From: Eledone cirrhosa
Lineage: Eukaryota
DNA length: 64,000 nucleotides
Assembly (NCBI GenBank): GCA_964016885.1
Contig: OZ024746.1
Coordinates: forward strand, 2,542,001 to 2,606,000
Reading direction: 5' to 3'
Part shown: positions 11,192 to 23,630 of the stretch, piece by piece
Numbering within the stretch: the first letter of the stretch is position 1
Layout of the letters: each line of letters opens with the position of its first letter
Made by a program: the position numbers and the translations under genes
Notes under the pieces: model-generated
What the model saw: the letters and a program-made list of their open reading frames with translations, nothing else
Told to the model about the DNA's origin: nothing
Databases searched by the model: none

Positions 11192-12284
11192 TGAGTAATC
11201 TATTAAATTAATTCCAGTATTGAAATATTTATTTTATCAACTTCAAAAAGATGGCAGTGCCCCAACATGGCCACAGCCTGTCGGTAGGAACCCATAATGG
11301 AGTAATAGAGTTGTTGTTACTGCTGTTGTTGTTTAGACACAAGTCCACCCTAATTGAGCAGGCCTATGATGAAAAGCATATAAATTATTTAGAAGGGTAC
11401 ATGTTATCCAATACACCCTTCTCTTATTCAAGACAATATAGTGTGATTTGGAGAGAAATTTTACAGCTATTTCTAGCAAGTCAACGACCACCTAAAAGAT
11501 AGATCCCACATTAACTCATGAGAAGCCAAGTGGTATTTGAAATCAGAATCTGTAAAGACAAAATGCCACAAGACATATTGTCTGCTCTACCAATATTGTT
11601 ATTCTTTACTCTCATGTGATGTTTTACAATTTCAACACAAAACCACATATTTTAGAGAGGAAAAGAGGAAAATCTTAAACACTGTGTCCAGTAGAGCTAT
11701 AGGCCAGACATTTCAATTATGTCCTTGTTTTTGCATTCTTCCATATCAGCACTACCACTCCTTGGTTCAATGAACTGAGAATTCTCTGCTACCAATTGCA
11801 ATAGATAGCTGGTAGCACATTGGCAAACACATGTCGCATATGAACATAAAGGGGCAGACCATCCAAACAAGATGATTTACCCCTCATACACAAGGCCGTT
11901 CATATTTCCACCACAGTTATCAGCCTTTTGCTGTTGAGAGTTGCAGTAGGCTGTCAAGGTAGGAACTACAATCCACTACTATCTCAGTCCATCAAATGGC
12001 TTTCATTCCATTGTGTGTCAAAGCACATGCCTTAGCTCTGATAATGCAACCTTCATGTTTTGCATTGAAGAAATGATCCAAGGCCATTCTTGCAACCAGC
12101 ACATTGGTTGCAACTCCACTTTTAATTACCTTTTCTTATTCAATTACTAATTCTCCACCTCTTCTAGCTTTTCCTATTCCTAATTCTTTGCTAAAAGCTA
12201 TTGATTCTAATCTAATTACTCTTTTATGAGTATAACACCACTGATTGTTGACAACTGTCCCTGTCAACTAATGAACTAAAATCC

Positions 12285-12400
12285 TTATCTCACTCTGAAG
12301 GCTTTACACACCAGTAACAATATGTTTAGGTTCCAGTAGCCAGGTCCCTGTCTAAGTGTTCTATTGAGGTTGACCATGCAGATCACAAATTTGTGGTGTG
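12285..12400 (-). pseudogene. Very old CR1/L2-like LINE 3' remnant
   Basis: Translation NILLLVCKAF resembles the C-terminal KILLLVYKAL motif of L2/CR1 ORF2. Confidence 0.3.
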
Positions 12401-12565
12401 GGTAGGCAATCATTTTTAATTTTGGATACTTTACACTATCTTTTTTTTTTTCTCTGGGAGAAATCAACTGTGTTCAGATATGGAGTGAGAATGGGCTCTG
12501 TCAGGTTTGAGCAGGGGTCATGAACATTGCAATCAGGAGCTACAAGTCTCCCTCTATCTATCTAT

Positions 12566-12578
<13 letters not shown>

Positions 12579-12597
<19 letters not shown>

Positions 12598-13206
12598 TTT
12601 TACGTCCGCTTTTCCCTGCTTTCAAGGGTTGGATGGGTCCTATTCAGCACAGCATCTCTCCACTTGTCACGGTCCTTCGTCATCTTCTTGGTGAGTTTCA
12701 GTGATCTGAGGTCTGCTCTCACCACCTCCGCGCATGTGTTTTGTGGTCTACCTCTAGTGCGTCTTCCCTCCACTGGGACTTCCTGGCACTTCTTCACCCC
12801 TCGGTCATCCTCCATGCGCATCACATGTCCATACCATCTCAGCCTTCTCGCCTGCATACCACAACTTATCCCTCTTATACCCAGTTTCTCTCTCAACTCA
12901 TCTATGCTTGGTCATTTATGCACATCCAACGGAGCATGCTTGCTTTATTTCTCTCCAACTGTCGCATATCTTCTGCAGTTGCTGCCCATGTCTCACTACC
13001 ATGCAGCATCGCGCACCTCACACAAGCATTATATAACCGTCCTTTCGTACGCAGGGAGAAACCCTTCTTTGTCAACAGAGGAAGCAGCTCCCTAAACTTC
13101 TTCCAGCTCGTCCTTATTCTAGATACTATGGCCTCGGAACAGCCTCCTCCCATGCTAATCTGATCACCTAGGTACCGGAAGCTATCAACCACTTCTATAG
13201 AATCCA
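12579..13206 (-). mobile_element. RTE-clade LINE 3' fragment, short-3'UTR subfamily, frameshifted
   Basis: [12 protein letters not shown]...MLHGSETW...[10 protein letters not shown]...KWRDAVL, with a (TGA)n tail. Confidence 0.92.
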
Positions 13207-13434
13207 ATGAGTATCACAGCGATTACTACTGCCAACTTTCCCTGTACATCTACTGCATATATATATTGGAAAATGTGTGAGATCTTTGGTACAGTTAGGT
13301 ATATTTGAAAAAAAGGATCAAGATCTACAAACTCATAATATTATATTATAAACTTAAATCAAATTATTTAGAACTACAAGTGAAGTCATTCTTTTCCTTT
13401 TTTTCAAATATATATATATATATATTTGTATATA

Positions 13435-13620
13435 AATCAGGATGGATTCAGTAAGCAACTGGTCAAACCATTACTCTCCAAAGTACTCAATACTTGGGGT
13501 AGTAGCATATGGTTATATGAAAAAAACCAGGACCCTGATGGCTGAGCTCTTGCCATTTCAACAGTTGGTTCCAGAGTAAAATGGCAAGAGCTCAGCTGTT
13601 GGGGTCCTGACTCATTCATA
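13435..13620. mobile_element. Second fold-back copy of the 5748-5944 family
   Basis: Arms about 13517-13558 and 13579-13620. Shares AGTACTC.ATACT.GGG..AGTAG with the first copy. Confidence 0.65.
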
Positions 13621-14277
13621 TATATATCTTCTATAGAATGCAATGACTTTGCAATTGGCTAAGTTGTCTGGCTGTTAGAGAACTGTGAGTGCCTGACAGC
13701 ATCCCAGATTCTAGGTACCCAATCTTGGTATTTGATTAATCATAATAAATAAAATAACACTAACATATTTTCTCTTTCTGAGTAGACACGTAATAACATG
13801 AAAGCTTTCAATTTACCCCAACCCAGATTTAATATATAATTTGATAGCCTATCTAGTAAAAATTACAAACATAAAGTAACCAATGAACTAATAGTAAATG
13901 AAAAATAAATGACTATCAGGAAGGAAGGAAAAAATAGACTAAATAATATCTGTTAGGCAGCTCAAAATAACCATTGATAGATTGAAATGGCAGGTAAATA
14001 AAATAACATTCATTAAGAACTTATGATTGTACTGCATCAGCAAAAGGCTCTTAGTAACATGTAACAATAAGTATCAGGAATAGAATATTGCAATGGTGTT
14101 TTTGCATGAAGTTACTTTTGAATATTGTAGTTCATGCAATTATTCTGAGTTACTGTAGTTGTTTCAATTGAAAAAATATTTTATTACTTTTCTTCTATCA
14201 ATATCTAACAACCTATCTTCCTATTTGTCTAAACTTGGAAAATAACATATTTTGATATTAGAATCAATAAAAAAAAA

Positions 14278-14505
14278 GTGGTGGATTGGCAGAACTCAGT
14301 ATGTCAGATAAAATAACACTGTTGTATTTGTTCTGGCTCTTCACATTTTGAGGTCAAATCACACCGAGGTCAAATCACACCTAGGTCAACTTTGTTTAAT
14401 TCTCCTGGGGTCAATAAAACAAAGTAACAGTGAAGTACCAGAGTTGATTTAATTAAACGTATCCTTTCCCCAAATTTGCTGGCCTTGTGCCTAAATTAGA
14501 AATCA
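14278..14505 (+). mobile_element. Older tRNA-SINE copy
   Basis: GTGGTGGATTGGCAGAA start and TTGCTGGCCTTGTGCCTAAATTAGAAA end. Confidence 0.7.
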
Positions 14506-14554
14506 ATATTAGAATCAGTGAAATAGTGGGGCAAAATACCTTGCAGACAAAGGA

Positions 14555-14739
14555 GGGTCGGATTGGCAGTATCGGTAGAAGGTCCGACACCATGCTTTCC
14601 AGCATAGTTACGTCCCTTTACGATCTGAGTTCAAATGTTGCCGAGGTTAACTTTGCCTTTCATCCTTACGGGATCGATAAAATAAAGTACCCGTAATGCA
14701 CTGGGATAATTGCTGGCCTTGTGCCAAATGTAGAAACAA
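14555..14739 (+). mobile_element. tRNA-derived SINE (young family)
   Basis: Near full-length match to the other copies, with A and B boxes. Confidence 0.9.
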
Positions 14740-14899
14740 GTATTTAATGACATTTCTTTATATTCTCAATTCAATTCTGCTGGGATTTATAAAATAACCA
14801 TTAAACCTTTTGTTTCTGTATTTCTAATGAAACACACTGACTATTATTTGCAAATATATTTGCTGGTGGAATTTAATGAAATAACTTTCTCGCTATTAA

Positions 14900-15100
14900 C
14901 ACTTTAGCATTTAAACCGGTCGTATCTGGCCAGAATTCTCTCACCTCTTTCTGTTTGAAGCGGCTGTAACCAGTCACTCATACTAATGTTAAGGTATTGT
15001 TCTCAAAATAAATGATATCAAAATCTCATAGATTATGTAAAGTAAAGCCTTTACCATGAAAATATAATAGTATATATAGAGTAATGTAAATGTTAAAGGG
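14900..15100. mobile_element. piggyBac-like MITE, copy 1
   Basis: TTAA on both sides and TIR C(C/A)CTTTAGCATTTA. Inverted homolog at 46795-47002. Confidence 0.85.
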
Positions 15101-15137
15101 TTAAGCTGCTGTTTGGAACATAATTCAACAAAGGTTT

Positions 15138-15335
15138 TTCATCATCATCATTTTACGTCCGCTTTTCCCTGCTTGCAAGGGTTGGACGGGTCTTATTCAG
15201 CACAGCATCTCTCCACTTGTCACGGTCCTTCGTCATCTCTTTGGTGAGTTCCAGCGATCTGAGGTCTGCTCTTACCACCTCCGCCCATGTTTTTCGTGGT
15301 CTACCTCTACTGCATCTTCCTTCTACTTGCAATAT
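15138..15335 (-). mobile_element. RTE-clade LINE 3' end, short subfamily
   Basis: VEGRCSRGRPRKTWAEVV...TRPTLASREKRT with a (TGA)n tail. Confidence 0.9.
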
Positions 15336-17055
15336 CTCCACAGGTGATAGTCAGGCTAAGATGCTAGAATAACCAAACACTTTTGTAGGCATCACCTGAT
15401 ACCTTGGTGAGGTGAGCTGCCAACGATGGCAAGAACTTCATGGGCAACAGACCAGCTTCTCAAAACACTTTCAACACAACAGGCTGGAAAAAATAGTCAG
15501 CAGATAATTCCTGGTATTTTAGAGTTTTATTTCATTCAGATTTGGATGTAGTGGTCCTCATTTTTACTACAGTCTCTAGGATGTGGGAAGGCGCAAAAGT
15601 CTAACTATGGCATCCCAAATGAGACGTCTATCTAAGGATAAGACTATCTGGCTTCTTACCATCAACTCTGGACAGTCAGGGTCACTAGAAAACTGAAGGA
15701 ATGTTGACTGAAGTCAGGGTTCACATCATCAGTTTATACCTTATCTTCACACATTTATACATATTTATTAGAATGCTGTTGTAGTGTGCATACATTTTTT
15801 GGAACCCTATATTATATTTGTCTTTTAAAAGTTGGTTTTCTTTGAAATATTTTCATCCTGACAAAGTAAATTTAAATTAATGGGATTTTCTTTTCATTCA
15901 CACAAATGTCTGTAAATTCAGTGAAAGAAATTGATAGATTAGTTTGTTTTAAACTAATTTGAATAAGGAATATGTAAACTGATGAAAGTTGGATTAGATT
16001 CAGTTATACGATATGTGCTCATTTTGAAATCGTTATTTTCACTTTGAGCTGATATGTGCTCACTTAGAATTACAAATGGTATAATAGAGAGGTTGGTAAA
16101 ATATGTACAAACTGAAATAAGAATTGGAGTTATTTTTTAAACACACTGTATCATCTAATCATATAAGAGGTGAACTGCTTATTCTTCAAAATATTTTTGG
16201 TAATGCCTCGACAAATAGCTCCAAGTGAATTTCAATAGCTGGAATATATATATATATTTGACAATGGCCTTGTACACCATGGCACAAACATTTCAAGAAC
16301 AGATTTCAATAACTACTATTTGAAACATTTGCTTGTGTATTCACCCATGTTGAATCCCAGAGAAATATACTTCCTATACACTGAAATTGGAACTTTCTCA
16401 AGTAGATATTCATCCAGACGAAACAAATAATCCTGTATCTGTATCAAAAGTCACACACAGAGCCAATATTCTCAGAAAATTAGAATTATGTGCCATTGTC
16501 GTGTTTACCCCTGGAGAAGCTGAAAGGTATTAATATGATGAGAGTTTTGCTTGGCTGATGAAAATTTGTAATTAACCAGACATATTGCTTAAAATATTGT
16601 ATTCTCTAATTTGTAAAGTCTTCACTGCTACAGTTTGAGAAGATACATTATGTATTCTTGGCAAATTAAATCAAATAGGTTTAGGTTTTGTTTAAGTGAC
16701 ATGAGCTCAATTGCTATCCCACTTTGAAGTCATATTTGCTCACTTTGAAATCTTAATTCTCATTTTGAACTGATGTGTTCTCACTTAGAATTACCAATAT
16801 TGTAGATATACCAGTTTAGTTGAAGTTTAAATACATTATAATTGCTATATATATATGTTATTAATCTTTCCTTGGACAGAATATGAATATTTTTTTCTTT
16901 GGTGAGAAAATTAGAAACCATTTCTGTTGTCCACAGGGAAATAAAGTGAACTACACAACCATACCTGCATCTATTTATGTAGATTTGTTTTGTAATATTT
17001 TAAATATTACAAATATTGTAAATACTGCTGAAATAATTTACCTGCCCTATCACAC

Positions 17056-17152
17056 AGGTGACGACACAGGATCGCGATGTGTGAAGAGATGCCGTGCTGA
17101 AAAGGACCCGTCCAACCCATGCAAGCGTGGAATAGCGGACATAAAAATGACA
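17056..17152 (+). mobile_element. Short RTE 3' terminus
   Basis: GACCCGTCCAACCCATGCAAGCGTGGAATAGCGGACATAAAAATGA matches the shared RTE terminal motif. Confidence 0.7.
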
Positions 17153-18239
17153 ATGTTGATTTTGACAAACATGAGCTTCTGATATAGGAGGAAAACAATT
17201 GAGAAAAAGGATAGTCACACAAAATGGAGTCCACTATTAAATTATTTGAAAATGTTCTCAATTTTGTACATGTGATAGTTTCAATGTTTTTATTGAGTAA
17301 ATAACATTCAAGGAAGTATTTTAGTTGGATAAAAGGCCTACTTCTCTCCTACATATTTTGACATTCCATTGATAAGTGGATTCCAAGCCCAAATATTTCA
17401 CTAGTAGAAAATGGAATAGTGTGATAACATTTCTAATCTCTTCTCACTTTATCCAGAAGGTAAATATAAAATATTGTTATCATAATATTGTAATATTGAT
17501 TCTTAAAAAAGTGAAAAAAAAACAACAAACAAACAAACACAGATAACGAACTAGAAAATATATAGTTTTTAGTTTATTTTTGCTAGGAAGAAATGGAGAT
17601 TGAGTGAGTTTGATGTTTTGTTCACATAGATATATCACTTTGAAAATTCAAACTCACTAACTATATGCTCTTTATTTTGTTTATTGCTTTCTTTTTTTGT
17701 TGTTTGGTCTTTGAGGAATTTTCATTGAATTATCACTGTTGATGTAGATTTTCTAGTTTAATAGACGACACTCAATTCAGATTGCAATTGATATATTATT
17801 TCTATAATATTGATATCTGGGTGAGGAAGGCTATTGGCAGAATTGGTAGGGTGTAATAAAATAAATTGTCATTGCAGTATTTGTTCTGGTTGTTAACATT
17901 CTAAGTTCAAGTACACCTCTCCCCAACACAGTCAAATTTGCCTCTCATTATTCCAGGGTCAATAAAATAAAGTATGAGGTACACTCAAGAAGTTTTGAGA
18001 CTTTCTTTCCAGTCCTTTTTAACTAAACCATGTAACTGTCACTCTAATACATACTTGATATAGTTATAATAAGCTAACATGCCAAATCTTTTTTTTTTCC
18101 AGGCTGAAGGTTTGGGCTGCTACATCACTTTAAACACTGTCATACACGTCTTGTCATGGTTGACTGATTCCACAAGGCAGCTGGACTATTTGGAGGCTCA
18201 ATATGTAATAAAATTTTGTGTCAACCAAATCAAGTGAGA

Positions 18240-19400
18240 AACTAAACAACCAACACACCAGCCAGTCAGTGAACTATATCAACCAAGTTGACTAATCAAC
18301 CAGCTTACAAATCAATTTAGCTACCAACTAACCAACCAATCAAGCAACAAACTGACATACTAATTAACCAAGAAACCAACTATGTAATTAACCAACCAGC
18401 CAGCCAATCAGTGAACTTAACCAAACAAACAATTAAGTAAGCAGCCAATTAACTGACCAAGGGTCAGTCAACCAAACATCTAGTAAGCCTACCAATCAAC
18501 CAACTACCCCCCCAAAGAACAACAACAACAAAAACAAAAACCAAACCAAGCAAACAACTAAACAGCCAGCCAATTAGACAGTGAACCAACTAACCTACCA
18601 CAAGCTAGCCTAGCAACTAACTTACCACCAGCTAGCCTAGCAACTAACCAGCCAACCAACCACCAGCTAGCCTAGCAACTAACCAACCATCAGCTAGCCT
18701 AGCAACTAACCAACCACCAGCAAGCCTAGCAACCAATAAACCACCAGCTAGCTTAGCAACTAACCAACCAACCAACCAACCAACCGCTAGCAACTAACCA
18801 AGCAACCAGCCAACCACCAGCTAGCCTAGCAACTAACCAACCAACCAACTACCAGCTAGCCTACCAACTAACCAATCAACCAGCTAGCCTAGCAACTAAC
18901 CAACCAACCAACCAGCCACCAGCTAGCCTAGCAACTAACCAACCAACTAAGCAACCACCAGCTAGCCTACCAACTAACATACCACCAGCTAGCCTAGCAA
19001 CCAACCAACCACCAGCTAGCCTAGCAACTAACAAACCACCAGCTAGCCTAGCAACTAACCAACCACCAGCTAGCCTAGCAACTAACCAACCAACTAACCA
19101 AGCAACTAACCAACCACCAGCTAGCCTAGCAACTAACCAACCAACTAACCAAGCAACCAGCTAGCCTAGCAACTAACCAACCACTAGCTAGCCTAGCAAC
19201 TAACCAACCAACCAACTAGCCTAGCAACTAACCAAGCACCAGCTAGCCTAGCAACAAACCAAGCACCAGCTAGCCTAGCAACTAACCAACCAACCAACCA
19301 ATCACCAGCTAGCCTAGCAACTAACCAACCAACCAGCCAGCCACCAGCTAGCCTACCAACTAACCAAGCAACCAGCTAACCTAGCAACTAAGCAAGTAAC
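18240..19400. repeat. (AACC)n low-complexity tract grading into a CCACCAGCTAGCCTAGCAACTA(ACCA)n minisatellite
   Basis: Direct tandem repeats with a variable AACC spacer. Confidence 0.92.
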
Positions 19401-19708
19401 CAAGTCAAGTCAGCCAGTTAACATAGCAACTCAGCTTACCACCATGTATTGACATCAATGATACTGTTAGTACCATAGTTAGTGAAAGAATCTTCTATTG
19501 ATATACTTTCTCATCACACTTGCTATCACACTAACACACCTCCCACATCACTGGTGATATCACACAAGATGTCCCCTATCTCTAGTCCCACATCACTGGT
19601 GATATCACACAAGATGTCCCACAACACTGGTGATATCACACAAGATGTCCTCTATCTCTAGTCCCACATCACTGGTGATATCACACAAGATGTCCCACAA
19701 CATGTCCT

Positions 19709-21896
19709 TTTAGCAGTATTAGTTGTAGATGTTATCGAGATGCAAGTGACATAATAACAGCAGAAATTAGAGATGAAATATACGTTTATTTTTTGTTATA
19801 GCACAAACAATGGTGTTGTACAGAGGCTGGTATCTGGCGTGTGATCCGTCGGCTTTCCAGTGGCTGTCTGTCTTTTCTTTCTGGCGTTCTCAACCGGCGT
19901 TGTTCTATCAAGGAGCGTGAGGCGTCTTACTACAGTACCTCGAGCCAGATTTTCAAATTATTGAAAATCGATGTCATTACTCACATGTGGAGTAAGATGG
20001 CGAACAATGCAACAAGGGGAGCTATCCGCTCTAGCAAAAATTGAATCCAGAATAAGGATTTGAAAAATGTTAAAAAAAAACACGACATGCATGCATAAAA
20101 AAAACAAGGCAAAGGAATAGCAGAAACACAGAGGCCAAAAAAAAAGGTGCAGCTAACATAGTCTAAATATAGACGGTGCTGCACAGTTTTTTGGGCCAGT
20201 GGACCCTACGACCTGAACGGGTTGTGGTCTTGTAACGTGGCGATGGTGGTGGATCAGGAACAGTCGTTCGCTCAACAGGCAAATACGAAGGGGTTCGTGA
20301 ATCAGGAACCACAGCGTCCGTATCAAGGTGCGCCTGCTTAAGCCTGTCTAATGTAACTGTCACCCTGGACCCCTTAATATCTAACGTGAAATGTTTAGCC
20401 GTGCGCGCTAAGACACGGTAAGGTCCAGTGTAAGGCTGTGTGAGCTGCCAGCATCTCAACCAGGTGAAAAGGGACTCGCAGAATATTACGTTTGAAGAAC
20501 ATATACCAAGAACAACATGTTGGTGTGTGATAAAAAAAATGTGTGCATATGCAGGCATGTAAAACAGCAAAGAATGTGAATGAACAAAAACCATGAGCAA
20601 GCAAATAGCAAAAGAGCACAAAACAAGTAAATGCATTCTACAAAGAAATATGTGAATGTAACAAACTGATAATTCAAAGTCAATCTAGGGGAGCAGAGAA
20701 ATTGCTCAATAAGTTCAAAGTTTTTCAAAGTCAAATAGTTCACACATCACCAGTGTAAAAACACTAGTTCTATCTGAAAACTGAAAAAGAAGTTTGTTAA
20801 TGCCGTTAGGGGTTAGATGTATGGTGTTTTTGTGAGATTTCGTGGCCATTTTCCCGTCCCGCCACACGGTTGTGTTGCTTCTTGTTAAAGCAAAGTCAAG
20901 GAATCTTCTGTAGAGTAGGAGTCACCAAATATGGCAGTCACGTCTGACGCCATAATGGTGAGAAAACTACTGTCTCAATTTCTCGCGTCCCTGTGGTAAC
21001 GAGACAGAAGGTATGGTGGTTGCGTCGGTAAAGTTACAAGCCGTTTTTAAATTTCCGATGTGTGGTGGTTGGCGTTGGTAAGGTTATGAAGCTGCCACTC
21101 ACTGTTCCCTGTATTGGTCAGTGGTTAAACAACGCTGTCGCTGCTGCTGTCATTGTTGTTGTCAAGCGTAGCCATGACATGTCGGTAGCCATCTTGAAAT
21201 TTTTTCGTGGCGAAAAAGTTTTTGAAATACTGCCAATTTTTCAAAAATCTTAAAAGGAATATTCTGGATTTTCGCAAGTTGCGACGTGGCAATAAAAGTT
21301 AAACTGAATGAATAAGAAGGGCTGCGTGATATTCTTACGTCGGTCACCACTTTAGCAGTATTAGTTGTAGATGTTATCGCCACATTAGCAGGGTGGCAGA
21401 ATCAGTGGTCGTTAGTTGCCAGTGTGGTAAGTGATAGTATCCTCGTTGGATTATCTTGTTGACATAGACGTGAGGGAAGGTCCCTCGATCTATTTACCAT
21501 CTATTTACAATATTCCTTTCGTCAGGTCGCCAATTCCAGCAGCATGGATTAAAGATGTCATTGAGACAAGAGTAAACATAATAACGACTTCAACCGCAGT
21601 AATTAGAGATGAAATGTTTGTTTATTTATATGGTTGAAGTTACAGATAAAAAGAGGTTACATTAGGGAATGTGCCATTGCGCCGGCGAGGCTAGGGGTGC
21701 AATATCTCACTGTTACATTATGCGTGTTGCTGGCTTGAAGTTTCCGGTACAAGAGCGAGATTCTTCAAATCTTCGCGGTGAATTTCTTCCTCAGGGCGCG
21801 TAGGGATACATCCTCTTCTACTGGCGCTGATTGGCTGAACTGAGCCAAATCACGCACAGAGAATGTATGTGAGCCCGCGGAATGTAGGTCACTACA
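19709..21896 (-). mobile_element. Internally deleted Ty3/Gypsy LTR retrotransposon
   Basis: TSD TCCT (19705-19708 and 21897-21900). LTR-like ends 19709-19934 and 21351-21896 both read TTTAGCAGTATTAGTTGTAGATGTTATCG...CTACA. PBS resembling the tRNA-Trp 3' end (plus strand ACGTCGGTCACCA, about 21337-21349). Integrase C-terminus present. Confidence 0.85.
20163..20440 (-). pseudogene. Gypsy integrase C-terminal fragment (GPY/F region)
   Basis: QPYTGPYRVLARTAKHFTLDIKG...VTLDRLKQAH...TTRSGRRVHWP. Confidence 0.85.
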
Positions 21897-22339
21897 TCCT
21901 CTATCTCTAGTCCCACATCACTGGTGTTATCACACAAGATGTCCCACAACATTGATGATATCACACAAGATGTCCCACATCACTGGTGATATCACACAAG
22001 ATGTCCCACATCACTGGTGATATCACACAAGATGTCCCACATCACTGGTGATATCACACAAGATGTCCCCTATCTCTAGTGATATCACACAGATGTCCCC
22101 TATCTCTAGTGATATCACACAAGATGTCCCCTATCTCTAGCATGGCTACAATTTCTCATTTCTATATATTTTCATAGAGACACAGAAATGAAGAGAGAAA
22201 GAAAATAAAAAAATAAAGATGAAATAACCAGCATATATTTTATCCACTACAATTACTATAGGAAGACTGTAGCTTCTTGCTGCTTTTGTTCTTGTTGTTT
22301 AGTATGCTTGCACTGCTGTCATATACTTCTGTACTGGAT

Positions 22340-23287
22340 ATCTCTCTCTCCCTATATATATATTATATATGTATATATATCTATATATATATATGTATAT
22401 ATATATATCTATATATTATATATATGTATATATATCTATATATTATATATGTATATATATCTATATATATATTATATATGTATATATATCTATATATATA
22501 TTATATATGTATATATATCTATATATATATATGTATATATATCTATATATATACAAATATAAATTAGCGAGAATCGTTTTCAGCTCAGGAATTAACGAAA
22601 ATCAACGTCCGATATGTGTGGCAAGCGCTCGATGAATCATGTGAATCAGAGCTACAACATACGTTAAGGGCCAAACACACTGAGATGGTGGTTAAACATA
22701 TCATCTGCACAGCCAAAACAAAACGACCAAGTAATTCGGGTCAAACAATAAAAATATATGTGTTGATACTTTCCCGGACCCTGGACTGATGGTAAAATCC
22801 AGTATTGGTTTCTGCGACTCCAAATCAGGTACTGTCCGCCTACATAAAGAATGTTGGGCTTCTGGTGAGATGATGAACAAGGCAGTCGTGTTATCAACGG
22901 GTTTTGCTCCAAGATGCTATAGATATATATATGTATATATATATCTATATATATGTATATATATATCTATATCTATATATATATATATATATCTATATAT
23001 ATATATATATGTATATCTATATGTATATGTATATCTATATATATATCTATATGTATATCTATATGTATATATATATCTATATGTATATCTATATGTATAT
23101 CTATATGTATATCTATATGTATATATATATCTATATGTATATCTATATGTATATATATATCTATATGTATATCTATATCTATATCTATATGTATATCTAT
23201 ATGTATATATATATCTATATGTATATCTATATATATATCTATATGTATATCTATATATATATATATATATATATCTATATGTATATC

Positions 23288-23333
<46 letters not shown>

Positions 23334-23630
23334 TCTATATGTATATCTATATATATATATATATATATCTATATGTATATCTATATATATATATATATAT
23401 ATCTCTATATATATATATATATATATCTATATGTATATCTATATATATATATATATATATCTATATGTATATCTATATATATATATATATATATCTATAT
23501 GTATATCTATATATATATATATATATATATGTATATCTATATATATATATATATATCTATATGTATATCTATATATATATATATATATATATGTATATCT
23601 ATATATATATATATATATATCTATATATAT
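22340..23630. repeat. (TA)n-derived complex microsatellites (22340-22555 and 22918-23630)
   Basis: TA repeats punctuated by TCTA and TGTA. Confidence 0.95.

Larger units (their letters stand above)
19542..22140. repeat. 31/44-bp minisatellite CCCACATCACTGGTGATATCACACAAGATGT(+CCCTATCTCTAGT), split by an LTR insertion
   Basis: Units at 19542-19708 resume in register at 21897-22140. Confidence 0.9.

Noticed and set aside
15990-16800. Possible decayed transposase flanked by CTCACTTTGA-type repeats
   Set aside because: Too degraded to translate into a recognisable motif, so it was not assigned.
19542-22140. CRISPR-like appearance of 31-bp partly palindromic repeats (also 59032-59127)
   Set aside because: No unique spacers, no cas genes, and a eukaryotic context.
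22953-23630. N-terminal part of the 585-aa ORF and all other Y/I/C/V/H/T-rich ORFs
   Set aside because: Translations of (TA)n/(CA)n microsatellites. The real LINE sequence starts at about 23631.
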